From positions 1 to 64,000 of the forward strand of contig JACRKZ010000008.1 of assembly GCA_016235455.1 (NCBI GenBank): DNA of 64,000 nt, read 5' to 3'. The translations under genes and the position numbers were made by a program. Source of the DNA: Armatimonadota bacterium (GTDB lineage: Bacteria; Armatimonadota; UBA10988). The notes beneath the pieces are model-generated. The model worked only from the letters and a program-made list of their open reading frames with translations, was not told the DNA's origin and made no database searches. How positions within the stretch are numbered: position 1 is the stretch's first letter; each line of letters opens with the position of its first letter. Positions 27,572-38,223 of the stretch are shown here, one piece after another.

Positions 27572-30500
27572 ACAGCAGCCGCGCCTGACGCTCGGGCGCC
27601 GGCAGGTGCGGCGCATCGGCCAGGGCTACGGCGCGCTCGGGTTCCAGCGCGCACCAGGCACGCAGCAAGGCCGCCTGGATAGTGTCCGCGATCGGTATCG
27701 GCTGGGCGTACTCAGCGTCGTGCCGCTCCTCGGTGCTGCGCGGCAAACTGACCGTCCGCGCCGTCAGCCACTCCAGGGCGAGGCGTGCGTGGTCGGGCGC
27801 GGTCTCGGCCAGGTCGATGCAGTCCTCGGTGCGCAGCCCGCCGGCCAGGCGACCAGCCAGCCATGTACCGGCCGACGGCGGGTCGAGCACCGCCGCGGCG
27901 TGGGCCATGCCGCCGGTGGCCGCCACACGACCCAGCGCGGCGTGTAGCCGGCGGGTGGCGTCGGCCCGGTCGGCCGCAGCCAACAGAATGCGCCCCCGCA
28001 AGCCGCCGTCAGGCAGCAGCGCCGGGCCAGCGTCCGCGGCGAGATCCAGTGCGGTGTCCAGGTCTACGGCCGCCAGGCGCTCGGCCAACTCCTCCACGTC
28101 GCCCGGTGCGGTGCCATCGCCGTCGAAGCGCAGCTTGAGCTGCTGGCACCAGCGCAACGCCGCCGCCGGGTCTCGCCGCGCCAGCCTTGCCAGGCAGCCG
28201 GCCATGGCGGCCCTGCTCCCGCTGGTGTTAGCCTGCGCGGCCAAGTCGGGCCGGCGCCAGAGCCGGCGCATGAGGGCTCGCTGCTCTTTGTGGGCCTCTT
28301 GGCTCCAGACGCCGATGGCGTGGCGCGTGGCGTCGTGGCCCACGCGTGCCATGGCCGGGATCAGTTCCAGCCAGGCCAGCTTGTCGCCCTCGCCCCAGTC
28401 GCTCGGCCGGCCAGCCAGCGTCCGCGTCAGCGCCTTGGCGGCCAGCGGATCCAGCGGGTTGGGGAGGTTGTCCACCAACCCGCCAATGGCCTTCGCCCGG
28501 AGTGCCCAGGGCTCCACGCGCTCGACCTCGATGGTCGGCGCCAGCGCGGCCGCCGGGTCGGACAAGGCCAGCATCGGCAGGCACCTGGCCAGCAAGCGAC
28601 GGCGTAGCCGCGGCTCGTCGATCTCATCTAGCCAGGCGAGGGCGCGCCGCGGATCGACGCGGGCAGCGACCGCCAGCGTGTCGGCCGCGGCATCCCACTC
28701 GTACTCGCCGCCGACCAGCTCGTGCAGACGGTCGACGGCACGCTCGGCGGCGGCCTGGCGGCGCTCGGTGGTCAGCGGGGCGGCATCGGCTACCACCAGC
28801 CGCAAGTCGGTCTGGCCGGCGCGGACCTGGGCGCGCGCCACGAGCCGGTTGCCGCTGAGCGCCAGCAGCGTCTGCTCGCCGGTGCGCGGCGCCATGGCCA
28901 GGTCGAACCGGCCGTCGGCGCCCGTGCGCTGCTCGGGACGCGGCGGACAACCCGCGACCAGCAGCATCGCCGCGGCGACCGGCTGGCCCTGACCGTCGAC
29001 CACGATGCCCGCCAGCCGGCCGTCGAGCGGCTCCATCACCGCGTCGGCCGCACGCCGCGCCGGTGGCCGGCCGGAGACCTCCACCTCGCCCGTGGCGCGG
29101 TAGCCGGGCTTGGCTAAGGTGATGCGGCGCTGAGCGAACTGCCGCCACGAGGAGTCGGCCGCGCTCACATCGGCAAAGGCATAGCTGCCAGCCGCATCGG
29201 AGGCCACCGTCGGACCTGGCGGTAGCTGCCGACCGTAGTGGTCCCGCGTGCGTTCGAGACCTTCGTGCAAGGTGGCCAGCACCCCATCGAGCGGTCGACC
29301 ATCGTGGTCGACGACACGGTCACGCAGCCAACCCTTCTCACGGCGCACCAGCACCAGGCGCAGCGGCGGCGGGTCAGGATCCTCCTCATCCCACAGCAGC
29401 CCGCTCTGATGTTGCCCCCAATCCTGGCCCTGGTCATCGCGCCAGTGGACAGTCATCTCGGGTCGAAACCGTCGATCCCCGGGCTCGAACACCAGCCGAC
29501 CCTCGGCGTCGGCCGTTCGCTCACCGAACTCGTCCAAGTAGACCGTGGCGCCCGGTGCAGGCCGCCCGTCGGGCAACACCAACTGGATGCGCAGCGGCTC
29601 GGGCAGCCTCACGCGGAAGTCGACGCGCGGCGGCTCGCCCGGCGGCAACACGGCCTGCGCACGGCGACGCTCGCCAGCGCAGATCACCACCAGCTCGCCT
29701 GCCGGTGCACTCAGTCGATAGGCGCCATCGGCATCGGTGGCCGACCAGTAGCTGCGGCCGGCGACCTCGCCAATGACCGAGACGCGTGCGCCCGGCCGGC
29801 CATCCAAGCGCGTCACCCGCCCAACGACCTGCGCCGCGCGTTGCAGCGCCAGCGTCACTTCGACCACGCCCTCGGCGCCGAGGTGCACGGTGCGGTCGGC
29901 CCCTGGCAGCCAGCCGTCGGGCAGGCCCGAGTCCTCCACACCGACCAGCCAGTCGCCAGGGCGCATGTCGGAATCAGTGGCCAGCCAGTCACCATGCTGC
30001 CACTGAGCATCGCCATCGGCCGTCGTGCGGCGCATGCGCACCTGGGCGTCTGGACAGGGCTGATCGCCAGCCATGACCGTGACCTTCAGCCGCCCGCTGG
30101 CGCGAATCCGGCCCCACTGCCCTGGCGCAGCCAGCATCAGCACCGGCCAGCAGGCCCCGCCATCACCAAACAGGACCGCCTGCTGCCCGGCCTTGGCGGC
30201 GAACAGGTGGGAGGACTGCCGCGGCGGTACGCCACGCAGCGTGAACCAACCCCAGGCATCGGTCTCGGCCGACACTGGTGACTCGGCCTGTTCCCAGGCC
30301 ATGACGCCCATGCCCGCCAGCCCGACCCGCGCGCCGGCGGCCGGCTGGCCATCGCTGCCGTACACCTGGCCCACGGTGGGCGCAGTCGGCCGCAGCACCA
30401 GGTCGACGCTACGCCCTGCGGCCAGCTTAGCCGGCTCTGACGACAGCTCGCCCTTCAGTGCCCAAGCCCACACCGACGGCTGCTCAGCTTGAGCGCGAAA

Positions 30501-30686
30501 CAGTCCCGCGGCATCGGTGGTGAGCCGAATCACCGGCAGCGCGCGCTCATTGCCGTCACGTTGACAGACGAGCACCGCCGCATCCGCCACCGGCACGCCA
30601 TCGGGCCCCACCACGCGCCCGGCGACCTCACCCCATGCCAGACCAGCGGAAAACAGCAGACAACCGACCACCCAGCGACCACCCAT
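27537..30686 (-). CDS. Secreted protein with repeated carboxypeptidase-regulatory-like (Cna-B/transthyretin-like) domains and a helical C-terminus
   Basis: Signal peptide; repeats of 'GRVV..DG.PVA.A.V....TDA.G.F'. Confidence 0.7.
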   Translation of the reverse strand: MGGRWVVGCLLFSAGLAWGEVAGRVVGPDGVPVADAAVLVCQRDGNERALPVIRLTTDAAGLFRAQAEQPSVWAWALKGELSSEPAKLAAGRSVDLVLRPTAPTVGQVYGSDGQPAAGARVGLAGMGVMAWEQAESPVSAETDAWGWFTLRGVPPRQSSHLFAAKAGQQAVLFGDGGACWPVLMLAAPGQWGRIRASGRLKVTVMAGDQPCPDAQVRMRRTTADGDAQWQHGDWLATDSDMRPGDWLVGVEDSGLPDGWLPGADRTVHLGAEGVVEVTLALQRAAQVVGRVTRLDGRPGARVSVIGEVAGRSYWSATDADGAYRLSAPAGELVVICAGERRRAQAVLPPGEPPRVDFRVRLPEPLRIQLVLPDGRPAPGATVYLDEFGERTADAEGRLVFEPGDRRFRPEMTVHWRDDQGQDWGQHQSGLLWDEEDPDPPPLRLVLVRREKGWLRDRVVDHDGRPLDGVLATLHEGLERTRDHYGRQLPPGPTVASDAAGSYAFADVSAADSSWRQFAQRRITLAKPGYRATGEVEVSGRPPARRAADAVMEPLDGRLAGIVVDGQGQPVAAAMLLVAGCPPRPEQRTGADGRFDLAMAPRTGEQTLLALSGNRLVARAQVRAGQTDLRLVVADAAPLTTERRQAAAERAVDRLHELVGGEYEWDAAADTLAVAARVDPRRALAWLDEIDEPRLRRRLLARCLPMLALSDPAAALAPTIEVERVEPWALRAKAIGGLVDNLPNPLDPLAAKALTRTLAGRPSDWGEGDKLAWLELIPAMARVGHDATRHAIGVWSQEAHKEQRALMRRLWRRPDLAAQANTSGSRAAMAGCLARLARRDPAAALRWCQQLKLRFDGDGTAPGDVEELAERLAAVDLDTALDLAADAGPALLPDGGLRGRILLAAADRADATRRLHAALGRVAATGGMAHAAAVLDPPSAGTWLAGRLAGGLRTEDCIDLAETAPDHARLALEWLTARTVSLPRSTEERHDAEYAQPIPIADTIQAALLRAWCALEPERAVALADAPHLPAPERQARLLFTARCLAGLED

Positions 30687-30736
30687 GGCCTCTCCCCTCG
30701 GCTACTCGCGAGTGTGCCACAGGCCACAAAACATTA

Positions 30737-30772
30737 CAAGGCCGACGCGCCACGATGGGCACGCCGGCCTTG
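30737..30772 (-). terminator. Intrinsic terminator after the Gfo/Idh/MocA gene
   Basis: CAAGGCCG..CGGCCTTG stem, followed on the minus strand by TAATGTTTTGT. Confidence 0.55.
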
Positions 30773-30796
30773 CTCAACTAGTCAGTTGCCGCAAAC

Positions 30797-31837
30797 CTAC
30801 GCCTTGACGGGCAACGTCACCCAAGCGCCGGTCTCGATGGACTGCTCCATGGCGACGACCATTTCGAGCGCCTTGTAGCCGTCGTCACCGGTGATCGGCA
30901 GCGGCTTGCGGCCGAGCACGGCGTCGACGAAGTCCTGGATGACGCCCAGGTACCACTTGTCCTCGGTGTTGGCCTGGATGCCGCCAACGTCGAAGCTCTC
31001 GCGGCCCTTGGCCTTGTCCTTGTGGTAGACCACCACCGGGTCGCCGGGCTCGACGTTGAGGCGCAGCACGCCGTTCTCGCAGAAGGCGGTGAACGAGTTG
31101 TCCTCGGTGCCGTGGCAGGTCCAGCTCGTGGCCACCATGCACAGCGCGCCGTTGCTCATCTCGATGATGGCCTGGCTGTTGTCTTCCACCGTGCCGGGCT
31201 TCTCCAGCGTGGTCTTGACCGCGTTGACCCGGACGGCCTCCAGGCCGGTGAGGAAGCGGACCAGGTCGCACTTGTGCACGCCCAGGTCGGCCAGCGGGCC
31301 AAAGCCGGAGATGGACTTGTTGAAGAACCACTCGCTGGTCTTGCTCCAGCCCTCGGGGCCAGGATGGGCGAAGGTGGTCTGGATGGCGTAGATCTTGCCG
31401 AGCACGCCGGAGGCCAGCACTTCCTTGGCCTTGAGGTGCGGGCGGCTGTAGCGCTGCGACTGGTCGATCATCAGCTTGGCGCCGGTCCGCGCGGCCGTGT
31501 CGATCATCGCCTGCGCGTCAGCCAGGGTCAGCGCCATGGGCTTCTCGCACAGCACGCTGATGCCCTTCTCCAACGCCTTGATGGAGACCTCGGCATGCAG
31601 GTAGTTGCGCTCGCAGACGCTGATGGCCTGCACGCCGCTGGCCAGGAAGGCGTCCAGGTCGTCGTAGAACTTGACGCCTTGGGGCTCGTACTCGGCGATC
31701 ACGTCCTGGCAGTAGTCCAGGTTGGCGTTGTAGATCGCAATCAACTCGCAGTCGGGCGACTCGGCGTACTCGTGGATATGCAGTACTTTGGCGATTTGGC
31801 CGGCGCCGGCGACGCCTACCTTGAGCTTCTCACCCAT
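30797..31837 (-). CDS. Gfo/Idh/MocA family oxidoreductase
   Basis: KVGVAGAGQIA, VLCEKPMA, GPLADLGVH, EDN. Confidence 0.9.
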   Translation of the reverse strand: MGEKLKVGVAGAGQIAKVLHIHEYAESPDCELIAIYNANLDYCQDVIAEYEPQGVKFYDDLDAFLASGVQAISVCERNYLHAEVSIKALEKGISVLCEKPMALTLADAQAMIDTAARTGAKLMIDQSQRYSRPHLKAKEVLASGVLGKIYAIQTTFAHPGPEGWSKTSEWFFNKSISGFGPLADLGVHKCDLVRFLTGLEAVRVNAVKTTLEKPGTVEDNSQAIIEMSNGALCMVATSWTCHGTEDNSFTAFCENGVLRLNVEPGDPVVVYHKDKAKGRESFDVGGIQANTEDKWYLGVIQDFVDAVLGRKPLPITGDDGYKALEMVVAMEQSIETGAWVTLPVKA

Positions 31838-31923
31838 TCCAAAACTCCTCGTTGTGTGCCACGGATCTCGCCGCTGGCAGAACCCGCAGTCAAGTCCGAG
31901 TGTACCGCGCTCGCCAGACCGAG

Positions 31924-32787
31924 TCAAACCCCGCGCAGGCTCGCCTCGAGCGCGGCCAGGAGCGACTCCAGCACCGCCTCGTCCAGCGCGCCGCGAGCGA
32001 ATCGCGCCGCGTCGGTGGCCTCCAGCAGCGCCGTCACCGACGCCTGCCAGTGCTGCCCGGCCGAGGCGTCGCGCACCTCGGCGGTGGTCAGCAGGTCGCG
32101 GCCCACGGACCGGCCGGCGAACTCGCGCACGGCACCGGCCACCGCCGCCAGATAGGCCGCCTGGCCCGCGCGGTTGCGCCGCGCGGCCGCCTGCCTCAGT
32201 GCGGCCAGGAGCCGTCCCTCGGGCGACTTGGGGTCGACCGAGGCCAGGGCCTGCCCAGGCAGCGGACGCTGCCGCTCAGCGCGCCTCAGCAGCACCAGCA
32301 CAGCGATGGCAGCCAGCAGCACGCAGGCCGACAGGCCGGTCAGCAGCCAGCCCTGACGCGCATCCATGGGCGGCTCGGCGGGCGGCTCGTCGCGCACGGT
32401 CACGCTCACCGGCTGCGAACGTAGCGTCAGGCCGGAGCCCTGTGCCGGCAGCACGGTCACATTGGCCGCGGGGATGACCAGCGTGCCAGCCCCGGTGGCG
32501 GTCAGCTCCCAGGTCAGCCGACAGCGGTACTCGCTGCCGACGAACTCCTCGCTCTGGGTGCAGGCACGGGCCGGCGTCAGGCCGCGCGGGAAGGCCGGCT
32601 CATCGTAGCTGACCTCGGGTCGGCCCGCGGCCAGGGAGGCGATGAGCAGCGTGAAGCGGCAGGTCTCGCCCGGCCGCAGGCGGCTGGGGTTGGCCTCGGC
32701 CGAGAGACGCCAAGGGCTCTGCCCGGCGGCATTGGTTATCACCAATGCCGTTAGGCAGAGCCCTGAGAGCAGCGTCGTGCGACGCAC
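31924..32787 (-). CDS. BatD-like membrane-anchored hypothetical protein
   Basis: Signal-like N-terminus; Ig-like 'GTLVIPAANVTV'; TM helix; C-terminal 'LTTAEV..D.ARFA'. Confidence 0.5.
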   Translation of the reverse strand: MRRTTLLSGLCLTALVITNAAGQSPWRLSAEANPSRLRPGETCRFTLLIASLAAGRPEVSYDEPAFPRGLTPARACTQSEEFVGSEYRCRLTWELTATGAGTLVIPAANVTVLPAQGSGLTLRSQPVSVTVRDEPPAEPPMDARQGWLLTGLSACVLLAAIAVLVLLRRAERQRPLPGQALASVDPKSPEGRLLAALRQAAARRNRAGQAAYLAAVAGAVREFAGRSVGRDLLTTAEVRDASAGQHWQASVTALLEATDAARFARGALDEAVLESLLAALEASLRGV

Positions 32788-32797
32788 GCCGGATGGC

Positions 32798-34348
32798 TCA
32801 GCGACCGGGCGCGCGCGTGGCCGGCGCGGAGAACTTGAAGACCACGGACTCGTCGCCGTACTTGCCGTCTTCGCCGGGCGCGCTGTACCACACCGTGACG
32901 AATGCCTTCTCGCGCGCGGCCTTGGCGAAGAACGCCGCGTAGGCATCCGGGTCGGTCAGCTTGACGCGCACGGTGTCGTCGCTGCGGCGCACCTCGGACA
33001 GGATGGTGTCGGGCCGTAGGCCCTTCTCGGCAGCCAGGCTGCCGGGCTCGACGGCGGTGATCTTGACGCCCTGCTCCTTGCCGGCGGCGGCCAGCTCGTC
33101 CGCGGTGGCCTTGACCACCGACAGACCCAGCGGGTCGCGGCCGATGAGCACGCGCTCGGTGGGCGTGCGCTCGGGCGCATCGCCCGTAGCTTCGGCCGGC
33201 AGCTCACCAATGACCACCGGAAGCGTGATGCGCTTCTTGTCGCGCAGCACTTCGAGTTGGATGGTGGCGCCGGGCTTGACCTCGCGCACCTTGTCCTGGA
33301 CTTCGCGCGTGGCCTTGACGGCCACACCGTCCACCGAGACGATGACGTCGTTGGGCTGCACGCCGGCCTTGGCCGCCGGGGTGCCCGGCTGCACGCCGCG
33401 CACGAACGCGCCCTGGTCGGTGCCGAACATCTGCTTGACTTGCTCCAGGGTCATCTCGTCCTGCTCGACGAACATCGCCGCGTCGCAGATGTTGACGCCC
33501 AGGTAGCCGCGCGTGACGCGACCGCGCTGGATCAGGTCATCGACCACGGCCAGCGCCTTCTCGATGGGAATGGCGAAGCCGATGCCGATGTTCTGCCCGG
33601 CGCTGCCCGGCGAGAAGATGGCGAAGTTGATGCCGACCACCTCGCCCTTGAGGTTGAGCAGCGGGCCGCCGGAGTTGCCGGGGTTGATGGAGGCATCGGT
33701 CTGCACCAGGCCGCTATAGCGCGCGCGCACCTGCGGTGAGCGGCCGGTGGGCTCGTCCATCGGCTCATCGAGTTCGCGGTCGAGGCTGCTGACGATGCCC
33801 ATGGTCACCGACGCCTCGAAGTGGAACGGGCTGCCAATGGCAATGACGAAGGAGCCGACACGCAGGTCCTTGGCGCGGCCCAGCGCCAGGGCCGGCAGGT
33901 TGTCGCCGGGCTTGCGGTCCATCTTGACCACGGCGGTGTCGGTGAGGCGATCGGCGCCCATCACCACGGCATCACGCTTGACGCCGTCGTTGATCAGCTT
34001 GATCTGCACCTTGCCCTCATGCGCGCCGCGCACGACATGGGCGTTGGTCAGGATGTAGTAGGCGTCGGCCGTGGCGCGGAAGATCATGCCCGAGCCACTG
34101 GCCGCGCTGGGCCGGGTGGGCATCCGTGGCATGGGCGGCATGCCGGGCACATTGGGCATCTGGGGCATGGTCATGGTGACGCCGTCGCGCTCGGTCTCGA
34201 TGCAGACCACGCTGGGCTTGGCTTTGTCGGCCACGTCCGCGATGGCGTTCTCGAGTTCGGCGAGCACCGCCGGAGCCGCCATCAGGCGCCCAGCGCCCAT
34301 CACCATCGCCGCCAACAGCCAGACCACTTGCGACTTGTTCCGCATCAT
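32798..34348 (-). CDS. htrA: HtrA/DegP family serine protease with PDZ domains
   Basis: TNAHVV, DTAVVK, QTDASINPGNSGGPL, RGYLGV, two PDZ-like domains. Confidence 0.92.
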   Translation of the reverse strand: MMRNKSQVVWLLAAMVMGAGRLMAAPAVLAELENAIADVADKAKPSVVCIETERDGVTMTMPQMPNVPGMPPMPRMPTRPSAASGSGMIFRATADAYYILTNAHVVRGAHEGKVQIKLINDGVKRDAVVMGADRLTDTAVVKMDRKPGDNLPALALGRAKDLRVGSFVIAIGSPFHFEASVTMGIVSSLDRELDEPMDEPTGRSPQVRARYSGLVQTDASINPGNSGGPLLNLKGEVVGINFAIFSPGSAGQNIGIGFAIPIEKALAVVDDLIQRGRVTRGYLGVNICDAAMFVEQDEMTLEQVKQMFGTDQGAFVRGVQPGTPAAKAGVQPNDVIVSVDGVAVKATREVQDKVREVKPGATIQLEVLRDKKRITLPVVIGELPAEATGDAPERTPTERVLIGRDPLGLSVVKATADELAAAGKEQGVKITAVEPGSLAAEKGLRPDTILSEVRRSDDTVRVKLTDPDAYAAFFAKAAREKAFVTVWYSAPGEDGKYGDESVVFKFSAPATRAPGR

Positions 34349-34584
34349 CAACCTCCCGCCGGCGGCGTGCGCCAGCCGGGGAACCACAGACCTGTGTTAT
34401 CTACGCCCGCGAGGTGCAGGCCCGCCGCCATGACCAGGATCCCGCCCGCCGCCAGTAGCAGCCAGCGCCACGCGCCGGCGCGCCAACGGCCGGTCGGATC
34501 CTGACCCGTCCAGGCGGCACAGCCCAGCCCGGTGAGGAAACACACCAGGCCCGCCAGCGCCGCCAGGACAAAGGGCAAACTCAT
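34348..34584 (-). CDS. Small two-TM membrane protein
   Basis: Two hydrophobic helices; start overlaps the trxA stop and stop overlaps the htrA start, suggesting translational coupling. Confidence 0.6.
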   Translation of the reverse strand: MSLPFVLAALAGLVCFLTGLGCAAWTGQDPTGRWRAGAWRWLLLAAGGILVMAAGLHLAGVDNTGLWFPGWRTPPAGG

Positions 34585-34910
34585 CCAATCACGCCGAGGC
34601 ACTTGGACTTGAGGGAGACCTCATCGGAGAAGCCGACGACCTGCTCCACCTTCTGGCCGCCCTTGAACCAGATCAATGTCGGGATGCTGTGGATCCCATA
34701 CGTACCTGCTACCTCGGGATTGTCGTCGACGTTCATCTTGAGGACCTTGATCTTGCCCACCAGCGCGTCGGCCACCTGCTCGACCACCGGCGCCAACATG
34801 CGGCACGGGCCGCACCAGGGCGCCCAGAAGTCAATCAGCACCGGCAAGTCCGAGCCCAGCACTTCACTCTCGAACTGGGCGTCCGTGATCTCCGCGACGT
34901 TCTTAGCCAT
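34581..34910 (-). CDS. trxA: Thioredoxin
   Basis: [15 protein letters not shown]. Confidence 0.95.
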   Translation of the reverse strand: MAKNVAEITDAQFESEVLGSDLPVLIDFWAPWCGPCRMLAPVVEQVADALVGKIKVLKMNVDDNPEVAGTYGIHSIPTLIWFKGGQKVEQVVGFSDEVSLKSKCLGVIG

Positions 34911-34995
34911 GGGTCATCATCTCCTGAAACCGCTTGTGCGGACCGCGGTTCCGCCGCCGTCGCGCACCTTCAGTGTCGCGCCAGCCGCTACCTTG

Positions 34996-36069
34996 TCAGG
35001 CTCGATTGCCGCTGGATGCACGGCCAAGCGTACGCCGGCCACGGGCCAGCCGTAGCCAGAGTACCTCGAGCACCAGCGACGCATTACCGTTGCGCTGCAG
35101 GCTGAGCCGGGCCTCGGCCAACGCCCCCAGCGCGCCTCGGCAGGCGACAGCGTCGAAACGCTCCACAAAGGATAGCAGGTCGCGCTCGAAATCGCGATGC
35201 ACCAACAGACTGGTCTCGCCGCCCGCGGACAGGACCAGCGCATCGCGGTACCACCACTCGAGCAACTCGATACCCCACGCCACCCGATCGCCGGCGACGT
35301 TCTCTTCCTCGCCGCCGGCCAGCCAGGCGGCATGAAGCAGACCGGCGAGCGCCGGCTCCGTGCCCAGCCGCGCGGCGCGACCAAGCAGGTCGGCGCGGAA
35401 GGTCTGGATCGACGAATCCTGGCTCAAGGCCAGCGCGCGGCCCGGTCGCCCGGCGGCCAGCGCGGCGTCGACCGCCGCCTGGGCGGGGGGCACGCCGTGC
35501 ACGCTGGTCAGCCAGTCGACGATGGTCGCGGTGGGCACCAGGCTCAGGTCGAGTCGCCGCAGCCGCGAGGTGATGGTCGGCAGCAGCATGGCCGGTTGCT
35601 CGGTGGTGAGCACGAAGACCATGCGCGCGGGCGGCTCCTCGAGCGTCTTCAGCAGCGTGTTGGCGGCGTCGTCACGCAGCGCTTCGGCGGCCACCAGCAC
35701 GACCACGCGCCAGCCTTCGGCGCTACCGCGCAGGCTGGCCTCATGCAACAGCGCGCGCACGGTCTCGATGCGGTGGATCTTGGGCCGGAACGGGCCGCTG
35801 CCACCCATGCGGTCGGGCTCGATGATGCGCACGTCCGGGGCGTTGCCCGACTCGATGGTCCGGCACGACCGGCACTCGCCGCAGGGCGGCTGCGGGCCGG
35901 TGCAGTTGAGCGCCTGGGCCAGGCCCTGCGCGACGGTCGTCTTGCCGATCTGGTCAGGCCCCCTGAACAGGTAGCCCGACGCGCCGCGGTCGCTGGCCAG
36001 GCCGCGTCGCAGCGCCGCGATGGCGCCGTCCTGACCGATCACCTGGTCCCAGATGGCCTTGCTCACCAT
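34996..36069 (-). CDS. holB: DNA polymerase III subunit delta'
   Basis: YLFRGPDQIGKT, zinc motif C..PCGECRSC, ANTLLKTLEEPP, LPTITSR; follows tmk. Confidence 0.9.
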   Translation of the reverse strand: MVSKAIWDQVIGQDGAIAALRRGLASDRGASGYLFRGPDQIGKTTVAQGLAQALNCTGPQPPCGECRSCRTIESGNAPDVRIIEPDRMGGSGPFRPKIHRIETVRALLHEASLRGSAEGWRVVVLVAAEALRDDAANTLLKTLEEPPARMVFVLTTEQPAMLLPTITSRLRRLDLSLVPTATIVDWLTSVHGVPPAQAAVDAALAAGRPGRALALSQDSSIQTFRADLLGRAARLGTEPALAGLLHAAWLAGGEEENVAGDRVAWGIELLEWWYRDALVLSAGGETSLLVHRDFERDLLSFVERFDAVACRGALGALAEARLSLQRNGNASLVLEVLWLRLARGRRTLGRASSGNRA

Positions 36070-36710
36070 GCCCTGCCCGCCAGCCAGTCCTCGACCACCG
36101 CCCGTATGCGCGTCTCCACCTCGTCCGGCGTGCCCTGGGCCGAGACCAGCCGGACACGGGCCGGGTCGGCGGCGGCCAGCGCACGGAACCCATCGCGCAC
36201 ACGCTGATGGAAATCGCTCTCGCGGGCCTCGATGCGGTCGGCCTCGCGGCCCTGACGCCGCGCCGCGGCGGTCTCGGTGGACAGGTCCAGCACGATCACC
36301 CCGTCGGGCAACAGGTCGTCGCGCGCGAAGGCATCGGCGGCGCTGACCGCGACCAGGTCGAGCCCGAGACCATAGCACTGGTAGGCCAGCGTCGAGTGCG
36401 AGAAGCGCGAGCAGATGACCCAGTCACCGCGCTCCAGCGCCGGCCGGATGACCGTGTCGACATGCTGCGCGCGCGCCGCGAGGAACAGCATCGCCTCGGC
36501 GCGCGGCACCGGCCCGTCGGCGCCGTGGCCACGCAGCCAGCCGCCGACCGCTTCGCCCAACGGCGTGCCCTCGGGTTCGCTGGTAACCAGCACCCGCTCG
36601 CCACGCGCGGTGAGCCAAGCCACCAGCCGCTCGATCTGGGTGCTCTTGCCGCCACCGTCCACGCCTTCGAGCGTGATGAACAGCCCGCGCCGGCTCGCCT
36701 CGTTTGCCAT
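36063..36710 (-). CDS. tmk: Thymidylate kinase
   Basis: FITLEGVDGGGKSTQ, LFLAARAQH, STLAYQ, DRIEA. Confidence 0.92.
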   Translation of the reverse strand: MANEASRRGLFITLEGVDGGGKSTQIERLVAWLTARGERVLVTSEPEGTPLGEAVGGWLRGHGADGPVPRAEAMLFLAARAQHVDTVIRPALERGDWVICSRFSHSTLAYQCYGLGLDLVAVSAADAFARDDLLPDGVIVLDLSTETAAARRQGREADRIEARESDFHQRVRDGFRALAAADPARVRLVSAQGTPDEVETRIRAVVEDWLAGRAW

Positions 36711-36773
36711 GCTCGCACGATAGCAGCCCGCGTGAGCGTGGTCAACGCTCCCGCCGGCCGCTACAATGACGGG

Positions 36774-37883
36774 ATGCACGTTCTGCTCGACGCGCGACCC
36801 ATTCTGGCGGCCAAGACCGGCGACCGCAGCTACTGGCTGGGGCTGTGCCGGGCGCTGCCCGCGGCCTGGCCCGAGTGGCGGTTCACCGTGGCGCTCGACG
36901 GCGCGCCCGAACCGGGGTTGCTGCCCGACCTGCCCAACCTGTCTGTCGCCGTCGAGCCGCGGCCCGGCGGGCGGCTGTGGCCGGTGGTCGCGCTGCCCCG
37001 GCTGGCGCGGCGCCTGCGGGTCGACCTGGTCCACTTGCAGTACGTGGCGCCGCCCTATCTGCCATGCCCGTTCGTCACGACGGTCCATGACGTGTCGTTC
37101 GCGTTGTTCCCCCACTACTTCACCTGGCGCGACGGCACCTGGCTGCGCACGCTGGTGCCGCCGTCGGCGCGGCGCGCGGCGGCGGTGGTGGCCGACTCCG
37201 AGACGACCCGCGCCGACCTGCTGCGCCTGTGGCGGCTGGTACCCGACCGCGTGCGGACGCTCAGCCTGGGGCTCGACGCCGCATACCGGCCGGATGCCGA
37301 ACAGGCTTCGGCCGCGCGCGCCAAGTGGGCTCTGCCCGAGCGCTACCTGCTCAGCGTCGGCGTGCTGCAGCCGCGCAAGAACCTGGCTGGGCTCATCGCC
37401 GCCTACGGCCGGGCGCGGGCCGAGCATGGCCTGACGGAGCCGCTGGTGGTCGTCGGCAAAACCGGCTGGCTGGCCCAACCCATCTTCGACCGCGTGGCCG
37501 AGCTCGGCCTGACAGACCATGTGCGCTTCCTCGGTTATGTGCCCGACGACGATCTGCCGGGGCTGTACGGCGGCGCGCTGTTCACGCTCTATCCGTCGCT
37601 CTACGAAGGCTTCGGTCTGCCGCCCCTGGAGTCGCTGGCCTGCGGCACGCCGGTCATCGTCAGCACCACGCCGGCCCTGGCCGAGACCGCCGGGCCCGTG
37701 GCGCCGATGCTGCCGCCCGAGGACACCGCGGCCTGGGCGGCGGCCATGGCGCGGCTGGCGGGCGACGAGGCCGAGCGTGCGCGGCTGGCCGAGACCGGCC
37801 TGGCCTGGGCGGCGGCGTTCACCTGGGAACGCTCGGCGCGGCAGCACGGCGAGGTGTATCGTGCGGCGCTGGGCCGGGCGTAG
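36774..37883 (+). CDS. Glycosyltransferase family 4
   Basis: TVHD, GVLQPRKN, PSLYEGFGLPPLESLACGTPV. Confidence 0.92.
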   Translation: MHVLLDARPILAAKTGDRSYWLGLCRALPAAWPEWRFTVALDGAPEPGLLPDLPNLSVAVEPRPGGRLWPVVALPRLARRLRVDLVHLQYVAPPYLPCPFVTTVHDVSFALFPHYFTWRDGTWLRTLVPPSARRAAAVVADSETTRADLLRLWRLVPDRVRTLSLGLDAAYRPDAEQASAARAKWALPERYLLSVGVLQPRKNLAGLIAAYGRARAEHGLTEPLVVVGKTGWLAQPIFDRVAELGLTDHVRFLGYVPDDDLPGLYGGALFTLYPSLYEGFGLPPLESLACGTPVIVSTTPALAETAGPVAPMLPPEDTAAWAAAMARLAGDEAERARLAETGLAWAAAFTWERSARQHGEVYRAALGRA

Positions 37884-37930
37884 CGCCCGCCGACGCGCGA
37901 GATACCCGTGACCAAGCGCCGCAGCGGGTC

Positions 37931-37946
37931 GTACAGTGTTCTGTAC
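37931..37946. promoter_or_regulatory. Putative YefM autoregulatory operator
   Basis: Inverted repeat GTACAG-TGTT-CTGTAC 11 bp upstream of the yefM ATG; resembles the TGTACA core of YefM operators. Confidence 0.55.
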
Positions 37947-37957
37947 CGGAAGCAGCC

Positions 37958-38223
37958 ATGGACGCCATCGGCTACGCCAGGCTCGACAGAGGCTGGCCGC
38001 CACCATGAAGCAGGTGTGCCGTGACCAGCAACCGGTGATCATCACCCGGCAGCGCGCGGAATCGGTGGTTATGCTCTCGATTCGGGAGTTCGAGTCGCTC
38101 GAGGAGACCGCCCATCTGCTGCGCAGCCCGGCCAATGCTCGTCGGTCGCTGGAGGCCATTGCCCGCCTCGACGCCGGACAGGCGCAGGTGCGGGAACGGA
38201 TCGATGACCCTGGCCTTCAGTGA
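37958..38223 (+). pseudogene. yefM: YefM (Phd) antitoxin, frameshifted near 37977
   Basis: MDAIGY in one frame continues in another as QARQRLAATMKQVCRDQQPVIITRQ..SLEETAHLLRSPANARR. Confidence 0.8.
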